Part shown: in pieces, positions 29,464 to 40,514 of the stretch | Layout of the letters: the number at the start of each line of letters is the position of its first letter | How positions within the stretch are numbered: position 1 is the first letter of the stretch | NCBI GenBank assembly: GCA_050302475.1 | Contig: JBNLBF010000008.1 | Coordinates: forward strand, 64,121-128,120 | DNA: 64,000 nucleotides | Source: Paracoccaceae bacterium | GTDB lineage: Bacteria > Pseudomonadota > Alphaproteobacteria > Rhodobacterales > Rhodobacteraceae | Direction of reading: 5' to 3' | Position numbers and translations under genes: made by a program | The notes under the pieces: generated by a model | The model's input: only the letters and a program-made list of their open reading frames with translations | What the model was told of the DNA's origin: nothing | Database searches by the model: none

Positions 29464-30477
29464 TTGGTATCAGACATATCTGACGCGAGCTCTCTCGCGG
29501 AGACCAGCGAAACCCTCATCGAGTTTCCCGACAATCGGCTTCTTATTGACCTTTGCGGACAGCTCGATTCCAACCTCTCGAAAATTGAAATGGGCACGGG
29601 GGCGGCGATACATCATCGTGGCAACCAGTTGCTGATCAGTGGCGAGGCGCATGAGAAGAAGCACGCGGAAACCGCGCTCAGGTCCATGTATGCCCGGCTT
29701 GAACAGGGCCGCGCGCTGGAACAGGGCGATGTGGACGCCGCGATCCGGATGCCGAAGGAAGTGTTCGACGAACCCGGCGCCAATGACCAGATCGAGATGT
29801 TCAAGGGCGACAAGCTGGAGTTTCGGACCCGCAAGAAAATCGTCGAACCGCGAACCAAATCGCAGATTGCTTATGTTAAATCGCTGTTCTCGAATGAACT
29901 GGTCTTTGGCCTTGGTCCGGCGGGAACGGGAAAAACCTATCTGGCCGTGGCGGCGGCAGTGTCGAGCTATCTCGACGGGAATGTGGATCGGATCATTCTG
30001 GCCCGCCCGGCGGTGGAAGCCGGTGAGCGTCTGGGCTTTCTGCCCGGCGATATGAAGGAAAAGGTCGATCCCTACATGCAGCCGCTTTACGACGCGCTGA
30101 ATGATTTCTTGCCCGGCAAGCAGGTCACCAAGATGATCGAGGAACGCACTATCGAAATCGCCCCGCTGGCTTTCATGCGCGGGCGGACGCTGGCAAATGC
30201 CTATGTCGTGCTGGATGAGGCGCAGAATGCGACAACCATGCAGATGAAAATGTTCCTGACCCGGCTGGGCGAAAATTCCCGCATGGCGATCAACGGTGAC
30301 ATGTCTCAGGTCGATTTGCCAAAAGGCATGATGTCCGGCCTGATCGAGGCGGAGCGTGTGTTGCGTAAGGTCCCCGGCATCGGGTTCACCTATTTCACGG
30401 CCGAGGACGTCGTGCGTCACCCGATGGTCGCAAAGATCATCAGAGCATACGACGCAGCCCACAAGAACGATGTCTGA
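29464..30477 (+). CDS. ybeZ: PhoH-like ATPase (YbeZ)
   Basis: 337 aa. Walker A GPAGTGKT, PhoH family. Conserved position upstream of ybeY. Confidence 0.9.
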   Translation: MVSDISDASSLAETSETLIEFPDNRLLIDLCGQLDSNLSKIEMGTGAAIHHRGNQLLISGEAHEKKHAETALRSMYARLEQGRALEQGDVDAAIRMPKEVFDEPGANDQIEMFKGDKLEFRTRKKIVEPRTKSQIAYVKSLFSNELVFGLGPAGTGKTYLAVAAAVSSYLDGNVDRIILARPAVEAGERLGFLPGDMKEKVDPYMQPLYDALNDFLPGKQVTKMIEERTIEIAPLAFMRGRTLANAYVVLDEAQNATTMQMKMFLTRLGENSRMAINGDMSQVDLPKGMMSGLIEAERVLRKVPGIGFTYFTAEDVVRHPMVAKIIRAYDAAHKNDV

Positions 30478-30952
30478 CCTGACCGATGTGGTCATCGAGG
30501 ATGACCGCTGGACGGAAATGGGGTTGGCGGCACTGGCGGACCGTGCGGCCCGGGTCGCGCTGAAGGTCGCCGGGGTCGAGGTTCATGGGCGCGAGATTGT
30601 CATCATGGCCTGTGACGATGACCGGATTGCCGAGCTCAACGCGGATTTCCGCCGAAAGGACAAGGCGACCAACGTGCTGTCCTGGCCTGCCTATCACCTG
30701 ACGCCACAGACTGCGGGGCAGATCCCGGATGATGGTGGCGACAGTTTCGGGGATATCGCGATTGCCTATGAAACCTGCGTGCGCGAGGCGCTGGAAAAGG
30801 CCATTCCCCCGCAGGATCACGTCACCCATCTGATCATCCATGGCTGTCTGCATTTGCTGGGCTATGACCATGAAAGCGATCACGATGCGGATATAATGGA
30901 GGGGCTGGAAATCAAAGCTCTTGCACAATTGGATATAAGCAACCCATATTAG
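30470..30952 (+). CDS. ybeY: rRNA maturation endoribonuclease YbeY
   Basis: HGCLHLLGYDH zinc motif. Start ATG 30470 overlapping ybeZ stop. Confidence 0.92.
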   Translation: MSDLTDVVIEDDRWTEMGLAALADRAARVALKVAGVEVHGREIVIMACDDDRIAELNADFRRKDKATNVLSWPAYHLTPQTAGQIPDDGGDSFGDIAIAYETCVREALEKAIPPQDHVTHLIIHGCLHLLGYDHESDHDADIMEGLEIKALAQLDISNPY

Positions 30953-30992
30953 GGCAGCGGGTGCAGTTGGCACCAACTTCGGAAAAGGAGCC

Positions 30993-31886
30993 ATGACCGA
31001 CAGTAGCGACGGGTCCTCTAGCGCAGCGCAGAGCGCGCAGCCTAACGAGGCAAATGAACCCAGACAGGGGTTCTGGGACAAGATATTCGGCCGGACACCT
31101 GATCCGGAAGTTTCCAATGCAGAAGCGGTAGCACGGGTAGCAGCGGTTGCGGGCACGCAAACCCTGTTGTCAAACGTGCGCAAGATGCACGACAAACGGG
31201 TGGAGGATGTTGCCATCCCCATCGCCGATATCGTGGCGGTGCCGGATACGGCGAGCCTGTCGGAAATTGTCGAGACATTTCGCGAGTCCACATATTCCCG
31301 CCTGCCGGTCTATTCCGAAACGCTGGATAACCCGGTCGGTCTGGTGCATCTGAAGGATATCGCGCTGGAACATGGGTTCGGGGCGGAAAAAGTGTTTGAT
31401 TTACAGGCAATCATGCGACCGCTGATCTACGCGCCGCCGTCAATGCCGCTGCGCTCGCTATTGCAGAAAATGCAAAGTGATCGGATTCACATGGCGCTGG
31501 TGATCGATGAACATGGTGGCGTAGATGGTCTGGTGACCATCGAAGACCTGATCGAAGAAATTGTTGGTGAAATCGCTGATGAACATGACGCTGAGGAGGA
31601 TCAGCCCTGGCTGATGGAGAGCCCCGGTGTCTATCTGGCACAGGCGCGCGCGTCGTTGGAGGAATTTGAACAGGTCGCCGGTGTTGACCTGCTGCCCGAT
31701 GATCTGGACGAAGATGTCGATACGTTAGGTGGGTTGGTCTTCATGCTGTCGGGCCGTGTGCCCGCGCGGGGCGAGTGCCTGAAAGACAGCGCCGGGCATG
31801 AGTTCGAGGTTGTGGATGCTGACGCGCGGTCGATCAAACGCCTGCGCGTGCGGTTGAACGGGGCCACGCAAAAGGCCGCGGAATAG
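30993..31886 (+). CDS. corC: CBS-pair + CorC/HlyC-domain protein (CorC/YbeX-like Mg/Co efflux accessory)
   Basis: 297 aa. Two CBS domains followed by transporter-associated domain. Conserved ybeZ-ybeY-ybeX-lnt order. Confidence 0.8.
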   Translation: MTDSSDGSSSAAQSAQPNEANEPRQGFWDKIFGRTPDPEVSNAEAVARVAAVAGTQTLLSNVRKMHDKRVEDVAIPIADIVAVPDTASLSEIVETFRESTYSRLPVYSETLDNPVGLVHLKDIALEHGFGAEKVFDLQAIMRPLIYAPPSMPLRSLLQKMQSDRIHMALVIDEHGGVDGLVTIEDLIEEIVGEIADEHDAEEDQPWLMESPGVYLAQARASLEEFEQVAGVDLLPDDLDEDVDTLGGLVFMLSGRVPARGECLKDSAGHEFEVVDADARSIKRLRVRLNGATQKAAE

Positions 31887-31887
31887 C

Positions 31888-33369
31888 GTGGATATCCGAA
31901 AACTGACGGGATGGCGCCAGCTTGCCCTTGCTTTTGCGGCGGGGGCGGTGCTGGCGACGGTGAATGCGCCGTGGTCCTTTGCGCCCTCGTTATTTTTCGG
32001 AATACCGGTGCTGGCGTTGCTGCATGTCGGGGCGGCGAGCAAACGCCGCGCGGCACTGATTGGCTGGTTGGGTGGGGTTGGCTATTTTGGCCTGACCTTC
32101 TTCTGGATTATTGAACCCTTTCAGGTGGACGCTGCCCGCCACGGCTGGATCGCACCCTTTGCGCTGATGCTGATGGCCGGAGGGTTCGGTGGCTACTGGG
32201 CGATTGCGTTTGGCGCGGCGCGGCGCGGCTCGCCCTGGGCGCTGGGCATTTTCTGGGCGCTGGCGGAACTGGGCCGGTCGTATATTTTCACCGGGTTTCC
32301 CTGGGCTTTAATAGGTTATGGCTGGCTGGAAACCCCTGTGGCACAGGTCGCGTCAGTGCTCGGACCGCACGGTCTGAGCTTTGCAACACTGCTGGCTATT
32401 ATCCTGATGACGGAATACCTGCGCCGCAATTATCGTGCAGCAATTTATGGAATTGCCCTAACGCTGGCGCTGGTTGGCGGCGGCTTTGCCCTCAATCAAC
32501 GAGTTGTCCCGGACCGCGAGGCCCCGACAATCGTTCGCCTGATCCAGCCCAATGCCGCACAGGCGCTGAAATGGCTGCCGGAATTTGCGCAGGTCTTCTA
32601 TGACCGTCAGATCGGCTTGATGGAAACCGAAACCGAGCCCATGCCCGATATTGTTATCTGGCCGGAAACGGCAGTGACGTTCGTGGCGCATGACCGGCCG
32701 GACTTGTTGCAGCAGATGGCGGCCTCGGCGAAAGGGGCGGTGATTGTGTTCGGGACGCGGCTACGCGATGCGGCGGGGAACTGGTATAACGGTCTTTATG
32801 TGATTGATCAGCTGGGTTTCGTGATTGACGATTACGCCAAGCACCATCTGGTGCCCTACGGGGAATATGTCCCGATGCCCTGGCTGCTGAAACTGATCGG
32901 GTTAGAGGCAATGACCGGGCAGGGCTGGACCCCCGGCGCCGGGGAAAAAATCATTTCACCCCCCGGTCTGCCCGCCTTCCTGCCGATGATTTGTTACGAG
33001 ACCATATTCCCCCAACACGCCATGATCGACGGCCAGCGCCCAGACTGGCTGGTGCAGGTGACGAATGATGCGTGGTACGGGACATTCTCCGGCCCGTATC
33101 AGCATCTGGATCTGGCGCGGGCGCGGGCGATTGAACAGGGATTGCCACTGGCGCGGTCGGCGAATACCGGTGTGTCGGCCATGATTGATCCCAAGGGTAA
33201 TGTGATTGCGAGGATAGGGTTGAACCAGATGGGATTTGTCGATGCCGCGCTGCCCGGCGCGCTGCCGCCCACCCTCTATTCCCGGACCGGCGACTGGCCG
33301 ATAATGATTCTGCTGTTTTTATTGGCAGGATGGCAACTGTTCTCAGGCATTCGCCGAAACAGGCGTTGA
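31888..33369 (+). CDS. lnt: apolipoprotein N-acyltransferase
   Basis: 493 aa, N-terminal TM bundle plus CN-hydrolase domain (VIWPE..., catalytic Cys region MICYETIFP). Confidence 0.92.
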   Translation: MDIRKLTGWRQLALAFAAGAVLATVNAPWSFAPSLFFGIPVLALLHVGAASKRRAALIGWLGGVGYFGLTFFWIIEPFQVDAARHGWIAPFALMLMAGGFGGYWAIAFGAARRGSPWALGIFWALAELGRSYIFTGFPWALIGYGWLETPVAQVASVLGPHGLSFATLLAIILMTEYLRRNYRAAIYGIALTLALVGGGFALNQRVVPDREAPTIVRLIQPNAAQALKWLPEFAQVFYDRQIGLMETETEPMPDIVIWPETAVTFVAHDRPDLLQQMAASAKGAVIVFGTRLRDAAGNWYNGLYVIDQLGFVIDDYAKHHLVPYGEYVPMPWLLKLIGLEAMTGQGWTPGAGEKIISPPGLPAFLPMICYETIFPQHAMIDGQRPDWLVQVTNDAWYGTFSGPYQHLDLARARAIEQGLPLARSANTGVSAMIDPKGNVIARIGLNQMGFVDAALPGALPPTLYSRTGDWPIMILLFLLAGWQLFSGIRRNRR

Positions 33370-33405
33370 CCCCTTTGCAGGTGCCATTTACAGAAAACCG
33401 GAACA

Positions 33406-34587
33406 ATGAAGGAGGGGCCTGTGCCGCGCGATAATTATCTGTTCACATCTGAATCCGTATCTGAGGGGCATCCCGACAAAGTATGTGATCGAATTTCGGA
33501 CGCGGTTCTGGATGCATTCCTGACCGAAGACCCCTATTCCCGCGTGGCGTGCGAGACATTCGCCACCACCGACCGTGTGGTCATAGGCGGCGAGGTCCGG
33601 GGCCCCGGGTCCGTTATCGAACGCGTTGAAGATATCGCCCGCGAATGCGTCAAAGACATCGGCTATGAGCAGGACGGGTTCCATTGGGCGAACCTGAATG
33701 TCGACAGCTATCTGCACGCACAATCTGCTGACATCGCGCAAGGCGTTGATGCGGCGGGCAATAAGGACGAAGGCGCTGGCGATCAGGGGATCATGTTCGG
33801 CTATGCCGTGAATGAGACCGACGCGCTGATGCCGGCACCGATCCTATATGCACACGCCATCCTGCGCCGTTTGGCCGAAGTACGCAAAGACGGGACTGAA
33901 CCGAAACTCGGCCCGGATGCGAAATCGCAGCTGTCGATCCGCTATGAGGATGGCAAACCGGTTGAGGTGACCTCGCTGGTCTTGTCTACGCAGCATCTGG
34001 ATCCGCATCTGACATCTGATGATGTGCGCAGGATTATCGAACCCTATATCCGCGAGGTCCTGCCGGAGGGCTGGCTGACTGCCTCCACCGAATGGCACGT
34101 GAACCCGACGGGCAAGTTCGTGATTGGTGGCCCGGACGGCGATGCCGGTCTGACCGGGCGCAAGATTATCGTCGATACCTACGGCGGTGCAGCCCCGCAT
34201 GGCGGCGGTGCATTTTCGGGGAAAGATCCGACCAAGGTTGACCGCTCGGCAGCTTATGCCGCGCGGTATCTCGCGAAAAATATCGTGGCGGCTGGCATGG
34301 CGGATCGGTGCATGTTGCAGCTGTCCTATGCGATTGGCGTGGCGAAACCCCTGTCGATTTATGCGGATACGTTTGGCTCCGGTCAGGTGTCCGAAGAAGC
34401 GATTGAAAAAGCTGTGGCACAGGTCATGGACCTGACTCCGCGCGGTATTCGCGAGCATCTGGGCATGAACAAGCCTATCTTTGAACGCACAGCGGCATAT
34501 GGCCATTTCGGTCGCGCACCGGATGCGGATGGCGGCTTTAGCTGGGAAAAAACCGATCTGGTCGAGGCGCTGAAAGCGGCCGTATAA
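33406..34587 (+). CDS. metK: S-adenosylmethionine synthetase
   Basis: 393 aa. [31 protein letters not shown] signatures. Confidence 0.95.
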   Translation: MKEGPVPRDNYLFTSESVSEGHPDKVCDRISDAVLDAFLTEDPYSRVACETFATTDRVVIGGEVRGPGSVIERVEDIARECVKDIGYEQDGFHWANLNVDSYLHAQSADIAQGVDAAGNKDEGAGDQGIMFGYAVNETDALMPAPILYAHAILRRLAEVRKDGTEPKLGPDAKSQLSIRYEDGKPVEVTSLVLSTQHLDPHLTSDDVRRIIEPYIREVLPEGWLTASTEWHVNPTGKFVIGGPDGDAGLTGRKIIVDTYGGAAPHGGGAFSGKDPTKVDRSAAYAARYLAKNIVAAGMADRCMLQLSYAIGVAKPLSIYADTFGSGQVSEEAIEKAVAQVMDLTPRGIREHLGMNKPIFERTAAYGHFGRAPDADGGFSWEKTDLVEALKAAV

Positions 34588-34669
34588 TTCACGCCACCCC
34601 TTGCACAATCCCGCTTGTGCGGGGGTAATTTCAGGCAGATACTGACTTCATATTTTATGGAGTCTTATC

Positions 34670-35305
34670 ATGGCTTTTGAAACCTGGCTTGTTTATGCAT
34701 TTGCGTATTTTCTGGTTACTTTGTCACCCGGTCCCAACGTTCTGTTGGTTATCACGCACGCGGTAAAATACGGGTATCCCAAGATTTTCACCACTATACT
34801 GGCGAACCTGACCTGCCAGCTGGGAATCGTGATTATGATCGCAACGGGGGTTGGCGCGCTGGTCACGGTGGATTCGCTGGCGTTTAAGGTGATCAAATTC
34901 GCGGGTGCCGGGTATCTGATCTATCTAGGGGTCACGATCCTTTATAAGCTGTGGCGGGATCGGGGTCTGGCCCCGCTGGCTGTTGACCCCAAGGCTGCGC
35001 CGACCGTACGCGGATTTGGCAGCCGTTTCCGGCAGGCGTTTTTTGTATCGGCAGGCAACCCCAAGACGGTGGTGTTTCTGGCGGCGTTCCTGCCGCAGTT
35101 TCTGGACCATCACGCGCCCCTCGCCCCACAGTTTATCCTTATGTATCTGACCATCGCACTGACGGTGCTGAGCGTGCATTCGATTTACGGGGCGCTGGCG
35201 GTGAAGGTCAAACAGCGGGTTGTCAGTGCCCGCGTCCGCCGGACAACTTCGGCGGCAACCGGGTTTCTGTATATCTTTCTGGGTGGGCGCTTGTCGGTCA
35301 GCTGA
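34670..35305 (+). CDS. LysE/RhtB family amino-acid exporter
   Basis: 211 aa, 6 TM, N-terminal motif typical of RhtB/LysE (FLVTLSPGPN). Confidence 0.8.
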   Translation: MAFETWLVYAFAYFLVTLSPGPNVLLVITHAVKYGYPKIFTTILANLTCQLGIVIMIATGVGALVTVDSLAFKVIKFAGAGYLIYLGVTILYKLWRDRGLAPLAVDPKAAPTVRGFGSRFRQAFFVSAGNPKTVVFLAAFLPQFLDHHAPLAPQFILMYLTIALTVLSVHSIYGALAVKVKQRVVSARVRRTTSAATGFLYIFLGGRLSVS

Positions 35306-35350
35306 TCGGCCCGCTTGTGGGTTGCGCGAAAATGGGTATATCTCGCGCCC

Positions 35351-36013
35351 ATGTCAGAACAAGAAACACCACATCGCAATTTCTATGGCCGCCGGATCGC
35401 CAAGCCGCTGAAAAAGGCGCAGGCGTTTCATATGGAAAACACGCTTCCCGGAATTGCGGTTGATCTAAATGCGCCCGTTAGCGAGGGTGAGCACTGGCTG
35501 GAAATCGGCTTTGGCGGAGGTGAACATACGCTCCACATGGCCGCGACCTACCCAGATGTGACGATCATTGGGGCGGAGGCGTTTATCAATGGCGTCGCCA
35601 AAATCGTTTCGCGCATTGGCGAGGGGGACGTTCAGAATATCCGTATCCATTTCGGTGATGCGCGGGATTTACTGGAGGTGATCCCGGATGCCTCGCTGGA
35701 AAAGGTGTTTCTGCTCTATCCCGACCCATGGCCCAAAACCCGGCACCACCGCCGCCGCTTTGTGACCCCAGAAAATATCGACCAGATCGCCCGGATCCTG
35801 AAACCGGGGGCAGAGTTCCGGATCGCCACCGACATCGAAGATTATGTACGTCAGACGATGGAAGTGATGACCCCGCGTGAAGATTTCATCTGGACCGCAG
35901 AACGCCCGGCGGATTGGCGGATGCCCTGGTCCGACTGGACCCGTACACGATACGAGGCGAAAGCGATACGCGAGGGGCGCACCCCAAATTATCTGACGTT
36001 CCAGCGGGTCTGA
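35351..36013 (+). CDS. trmB: tRNA (guanine46-N7)-methyltransferase
   Basis: SAM-dependent MTase (EIGFGGGEH...LYPDPWPK). Start ATG 35351. Downstream of metK as in many alphaproteobacteria. Confidence 0.9.
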   Translation: MSEQETPHRNFYGRRIAKPLKKAQAFHMENTLPGIAVDLNAPVSEGEHWLEIGFGGGEHTLHMAATYPDVTIIGAEAFINGVAKIVSRIGEGDVQNIRIHFGDARDLLEVIPDASLEKVFLLYPDPWPKTRHHRRRFVTPENIDQIARILKPGAEFRIATDIEDYVRQTMEVMTPREDFIWTAERPADWRMPWSDWTRTRYEAKAIREGRTPNYLTFQRV

Positions 36014-38098
36014 TCACTCGTCCCACGCGCCAATTCTGACCTCTCGCTCTGCGGGATAATCAGCGCATTGCGTTGACGCCCAGAACGTCATTCGCGAGTC
36101 AAAGAACATGTTTTGCCAATCATCGCCGTATGGCCCTAACTCGTCCGGTCGAATTTGTTGTGACGTCAGCCACATCCTATGCATCCATGGGAATTCAAAC
36201 CGCACGGGCGTAGGCGTGTAATAAAACGTCTTTGTAGTTCCGGCTGGTGCCGAACGCATGTCGTCCAGAGCACTGCTATCACCCGCATAGAGTCGCGCCT
36301 CGTAATCCATCTCAGGCATTTCCGTTTGGAAATTGATATTCGGTCCCATCCATGATCGTGCCTCAAAATGGTTCCGGAAAGTTGTTCCAAAGAATAGCGA
36401 ACACGTGGGATGGTTATAGTCCGCTGGAATCTGCACGCCGGTCCGCGTAACCTCAACCGCCATAAACGGCAGCGTCGTGATGGCCCGTTTCGCGGGTTTT
36501 ACGATCAGCTGCGGCCACGGACATAGCGGTTCGCGACCATGTGCGTGTGCCTCGGTCGGGTCCACACATCCTGGGGCCACGGATTCTCGTTTCAACTCGT
36601 CGCCGAAATAGCTGATGGTTTCGCGGATAAGATCCTCGCACGGGCCGATGCAGGGAATTCCGGTTTGGCTGGAGATTTGTTCGACCGCCAATTCGGTGGC
36701 GTAATCAATACCTTTGTCCACCAGCTCGTTGTAGCTAGGGATGGTTGGCGGCAGACCCAGCGCCGTCGCACCGGTCTGCACGGCGATTTTCGCGATGGCA
36801 CCGCAGACGGCATCGTCGCCCAATTCACCCGCGATCAGCTTACAGGACTGACCGAAGACCGTGTATTCGACCAGAAATTTTGCGGCCAAATCCATCAGGT
36901 TGCCATACTGATCCCCCAGCCAATCGAAGCTTTCCAGCGACCAATCCAAAAACTCACCAAACGTTTCGACCTTGCCGTCACCCACGCCACGGTAAGGTTC
37001 AGGGCAAAGCTCGCTGCCGATCGGGAATTGTGCGGCGACTTCGGGAATAATATTGTCCTCGTGACCAGTCACAACCACGCATCCCCACCGAGAATGACGC
37101 TCTAGATACGGGATCTCATATTCCGTGATCCGCACGTCAAACAGCGGCAGCGGATCGAGACCGCCCAGAAACTCCTTGTCCAAATCAAAATCCGGCGGCG
37201 ACACACCGTCATTGGCATAAAACACCTTCATGACGTTCGAGGGGGTTGCATAAAGCCGCATATCCTCGACGGACCGCAACGGGATCGCGCGGATATAGAA
37301 ACTGTCCGGCACGGAGCCGCGACCAATGGCAGTATAATCCGCATAGACTTCGTCAAAATCGAGGAGGATTTTTCCCGTTGGTAGAGGTTGGATGTCGGCA
37401 CTAACTAACCCCGGAAAATCAAGCGTGGTTTCATTGGCACGAAATGCCGGAAACGGGCGGGCCGAGATTTGCAGGATCACGGCGGTTGCCTCGGGAATGT
37501 CAGACGCATCCCAGATAAATTGGTTGCTTTGCGTAACCGCATTAGGCCCAAGGTAAATCGACGCATCGGACGTAAACTGACAAGCCGTATCCAGACAGGC
37601 GGTCAGTGTCGCACCGGAATACAACAGATACGGAAACTGATCGCGGCCCAGCAGGAACAATGGCGGCTCTTCTGCAACATCGGTTACGGGTGGCCGTTGG
37701 ACTGGCACGTCGGCACGTTCTGGCGCAGCGGTATCTGTGGGGATCGGGGTTTCGACAACCACGGGCGGCGGGGCCACAGCGTTATTCACACAACTGATCT
37801 CTGCAAAGGCAGCGCATTGCGTGCCTTCGCACAATTTGCCATCGCCAAAGATCAGGCTGACCACACCACGCGCACCGGCCCGCGGATCGGGTGTAAACTC
37901 CCCTGCCTGATCAAAGCCAAGCTCCTGACAGAACAGGTCAGCGGCGGGTTTGCCGCATTCAGCATTTTCATGTTTGCAGAAATTCAGCGCATAGCCGCGC
38001 ATTATTGGATTGGGATATTGCCCGGTCTGTGTCGTCGGTTGCGCGATGCCGAATGACGCCCAGAGTGAAATGAAAAGAGTTGAAATTAACAAACGCAT
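36014..38098 (-). CDS. large secreted Cys-rich hypothetical protein
   Basis: 694 aa. Signal peptide MRLLISTLFISLWASFGIAQP, N-terminal Cys-rich module, Pro-rich linker, ~500-aa C-terminal region without recognisable motifs. Stop abuts trmB stop. Confidence 0.5.
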   Translation of the reverse strand: MRLLISTLFISLWASFGIAQPTTQTGQYPNPIMRGYALNFCKHENAECGKPAADLFCQELGFDQAGEFTPDPRAGARGVVSLIFGDGKLCEGTQCAAFAEISCVNNAVAPPPVVVETPIPTDTAAPERADVPVQRPPVTDVAEEPPLFLLGRDQFPYLLYSGATLTACLDTACQFTSDASIYLGPNAVTQSNQFIWDASDIPEATAVILQISARPFPAFRANETTLDFPGLVSADIQPLPTGKILLDFDEVYADYTAIGRGSVPDSFYIRAIPLRSVEDMRLYATPSNVMKVFYANDGVSPPDFDLDKEFLGGLDPLPLFDVRITEYEIPYLERHSRWGCVVVTGHEDNIIPEVAAQFPIGSELCPEPYRGVGDGKVETFGEFLDWSLESFDWLGDQYGNLMDLAAKFLVEYTVFGQSCKLIAGELGDDAVCGAIAKIAVQTGATALGLPPTIPSYNELVDKGIDYATELAVEQISSQTGIPCIGPCEDLIRETISYFGDELKRESVAPGCVDPTEAHAHGREPLCPWPQLIVKPAKRAITTLPFMAVEVTRTGVQIPADYNHPTCSLFFGTTFRNHFEARSWMGPNINFQTEMPEMDYEARLYAGDSSALDDMRSAPAGTTKTFYYTPTPVRFEFPWMHRMWLTSQQIRPDELGPYGDDWQNMFFDSRMTFWASTQCADYPAEREVRIGAWDE

Positions 38099-38254
38099 AG
38101 TGATGCCCTCCCCCAGGGATCAGATTTCGTATCATATCAACGATTCAGCCGTCGGTGCGAAAAATCACCGTGATATGTAGGCCAACGACGGATGCGAATC
38201 TTTGAAAACCGTGCTAGGCTGTCAGGACAACCTCACCAACCGAGCGCTGACGAC

Positions 38255-38635
38255 ATGGGAATTCGCCTGATCGACGCCGCCGATGAGAGTCATGAGTTCA
38301 AAGCAAGTTTCTGGCATTGGCGCGCGATTGTAGAAGTCATTTTGAAGTTGAAAGTCCTTCCTGACGGGAAGGTGGAATTCCTTGCGGCCCCTTATTCCGG
38401 TCATCTGTCGCAGGACGAAGCCCAGCAGGTTGCGAAGGCGCTGCGTAATAACACCCTGGAGGATCTGGAACCCGGCGAGCACATGCTGATGAACGGTAAA
38501 CATGTCAATGTACCCGCCAACGACCACATCCATAAATCGCCCGAGCGCAAACATCTGAACTACGCGCTGAGCCGCGAGGAACTGGAAGAGTTTGCGGATT
38601 ATTGCGAGCGTTGTGGCGGGTTCAAGGTTGAATAG
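38255..38635 (+). CDS. hypothetical protein
   Basis: 126 aa from ATG 38255. No motif recognised (C-terminal CERCGG). Confidence 0.35.
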   Translation: MGIRLIDAADESHEFKASFWHWRAIVEVILKLKVLPDGKVEFLAAPYSGHLSQDEAQQVAKALRNNTLEDLEPGEHMLMNGKHVNVPANDHIHKSPERKHLNYALSREELEEFADYCERCGGFKVE

Positions 38636-38719
38636 ATTGTGCCCCATACGCATTCCCTGTGGACCGGCTTTCGGCAATTGGCTATAGCCAACGCGTCTTA
38701 AGTTTCGCGAGGGAACATT

Positions 38720-40069
38720 ATGTCCAGCCACGGTACACCACGTCCGATGACGTCGCATAAATGCGGCCCGCTGAAAGGCGTTGCGCATGTGCCGGGGGAC
38801 AAATCGATTTCTCACCGCTCCTTGATTTTGGGTGCTTTGTCCGTGGGGCGGACCCATGTGACCGGGCTACTGGAGGGGACCGACGTTCTGGACACCGCCA
38901 AGGCAATGCAGGCCTTTGGGGCCGAGGTGAACCGGCTGGGTGACGGTGAGTGGGAAGTTTACGGCGTTGGGGTCGGCGGCTTTGGCGAGCCGGACAATGT
39001 GATTGACTACGGCAATTCCGGCACAGGTGTGCGGTTGGTGATGGGGGCGGCGGCGACCACACCGATTACGGTGACCTATACCGGTGATGCCAGCCTGCGG
39101 TCGCGGCCCATGGCGCGGATTACGGACCCGATTGCACTGTTTGGTGCGCGGTCATACGGCCGACAGGGTGGGCGTTTGCCAATGACGGTGATCGGGACAG
39201 GGGAACCTGTACCTGTGCGTTATGTGTCGCCCGTGCCGTCCGCGCAGGTGAAATCGGCGGTGCTGCTGGCGGGGCTGAATGCGCCGGGGCAAACAGTTGT
39301 GATCGAAAAGGAAGCGACGCGGGATCATACCGAACGGATGCTGGCCGGTTTCGGGGCAGAGATCACGACGGAGATCACCGACGAAGGCCGCGTGATCACG
39401 TTGACTGGTCAACCGGAGTTGACCGCACAGACCATTACCGTGCCGCGCGATCCCTCCTCGGCCGCGTTTCCGGTGGCGGCGGCCTTGCTGGCCGAAGGGT
39501 CGGAGGTTCTGGTGCCGAATATCGGGCAGAACCCGACGCGGAACGGGCTTTACATCACGCTCAAAGAAATGGGCGCGGATATTACGTTCGAAAACGAACG
39601 GCTGGAAGGCGGCGAGCCGATTGCGGACCTCCGCGTGAAATACGGGCCGTTGAAGGGGGTGACTGTGCCGCCGGAACGGGCTGCCTCCATGATCGACGAA
39701 TTCCCGATCTTGTCGGCGATTGCGGCAACGGCTGAGGGCACGACCGTGATGCTGGGAGTCAAGGAACTGCGCGTCAAAGAATCCGACCGCATCGATGCCA
39801 TGGCGCGTGGACTGGAAGCCAACGGCGTGACCATCGAGGAAACCGAGGACACCTTCACCGTCCACGGCATGGGCCAAGGCAACGTCCCGGGCGGAGGCAC
39901 ATGCGAAACGCATCTGGACCACCGCATCGCGATGAGCTTCATGTGTCTGGGCATGGCCACGCAAAAGCCGGTGAAAATCGACGATGCCGGACCGATTGAA
40001 ACCTCTTTCCCGATTTTTGTACCGTTGATGGAAGAGCTGGGTGCGAAATTTCGGAAAGAGAATGGATGA
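38720..40069 (+). CDS. aroA: 3-phosphoshikimate 1-carboxyvinyltransferase (EPSP synthase)
   Basis: 449 aa. [23 protein letters not shown]..., full-length AroA similarity. Confidence 0.95.
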   Translation: MSSHGTPRPMTSHKCGPLKGVAHVPGDKSISHRSLILGALSVGRTHVTGLLEGTDVLDTAKAMQAFGAEVNRLGDGEWEVYGVGVGGFGEPDNVIDYGNSGTGVRLVMGAAATTPITVTYTGDASLRSRPMARITDPIALFGARSYGRQGGRLPMTVIGTGEPVPVRYVSPVPSAQVKSAVLLAGLNAPGQTVVIEKEATRDHTERMLAGFGAEITTEITDEGRVITLTGQPELTAQTITVPRDPSSAAFPVAAALLAEGSEVLVPNIGQNPTRNGLYITLKEMGADITFENERLEGGEPIADLRVKYGPLKGVTVPPERAASMIDEFPILSAIAATAEGTTVMLGVKELRVKESDRIDAMARGLEANGVTIEETEDTFTVHGMGQGNVPGGGTCETHLDHRIAMSFMCLGMATQKPVKIDDAGPIETSFPIFVPLMEELGAKFRKENG

Positions 40070-40464
40070 GTGCGACCTACTTCGGAACATGGGAACTGAT
40101 CCCCGAACTTTGCCACTATTCCAAAGGCAAAGCGCCCGATGCTGCGCTCTATCAGATTGACGATGAAGGCGATCGTATCGCATTTACCGTGACATGGACC
40201 GCTGACGGGCATGAACAATCCGTCAGCTTTGCCCCGCTCGCTGATGGCACGATGGAAGAAGCCGAGGTCAACATGCCTGCGCACCGGATCATTCCAGTCG
40301 GCGACGATCAGCTGGATGGCGAAGCATTTATTGAGGATCACCTCGTTGCCTATGCGTCGCGAAAGGTCAGTGCCGACGGGAAGCTTTTGTCAGTCTTGCA
40401 GATCAACGGCGTGGGGTCCGAACATGAGCACCGGATTTTTCAGGTTTACAGGCGGAAGGGCTAG
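40066..40464 (+). CDS. hypothetical protein translationally coupled to aroA
   Basis: 132 aa. ATG overlaps aroA stop (ATGA). No recognised domain. Confidence 0.45.
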   Translation: MSATYFGTWELIPELCHYSKGKAPDAALYQIDDEGDRIAFTVTWTADGHEQSVSFAPLADGTMEEAEVNMPAHRIIPVGDDQLDGEAFIEDHLVAYASRKVSADGKLLSVLQINGVGSEHEHRIFQVYRRKG

Positions 40465-40514
40465 CGTTGATAATCGACGGCGTTTGAAACAACCCAAATA
40501 ATATTGGTTCCAAA

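Noticed and set aside
29470-30495. 341-aa minus-strand ORF
   Set aside because: Antisense to the phoH-like gene (Walker A on + strand).
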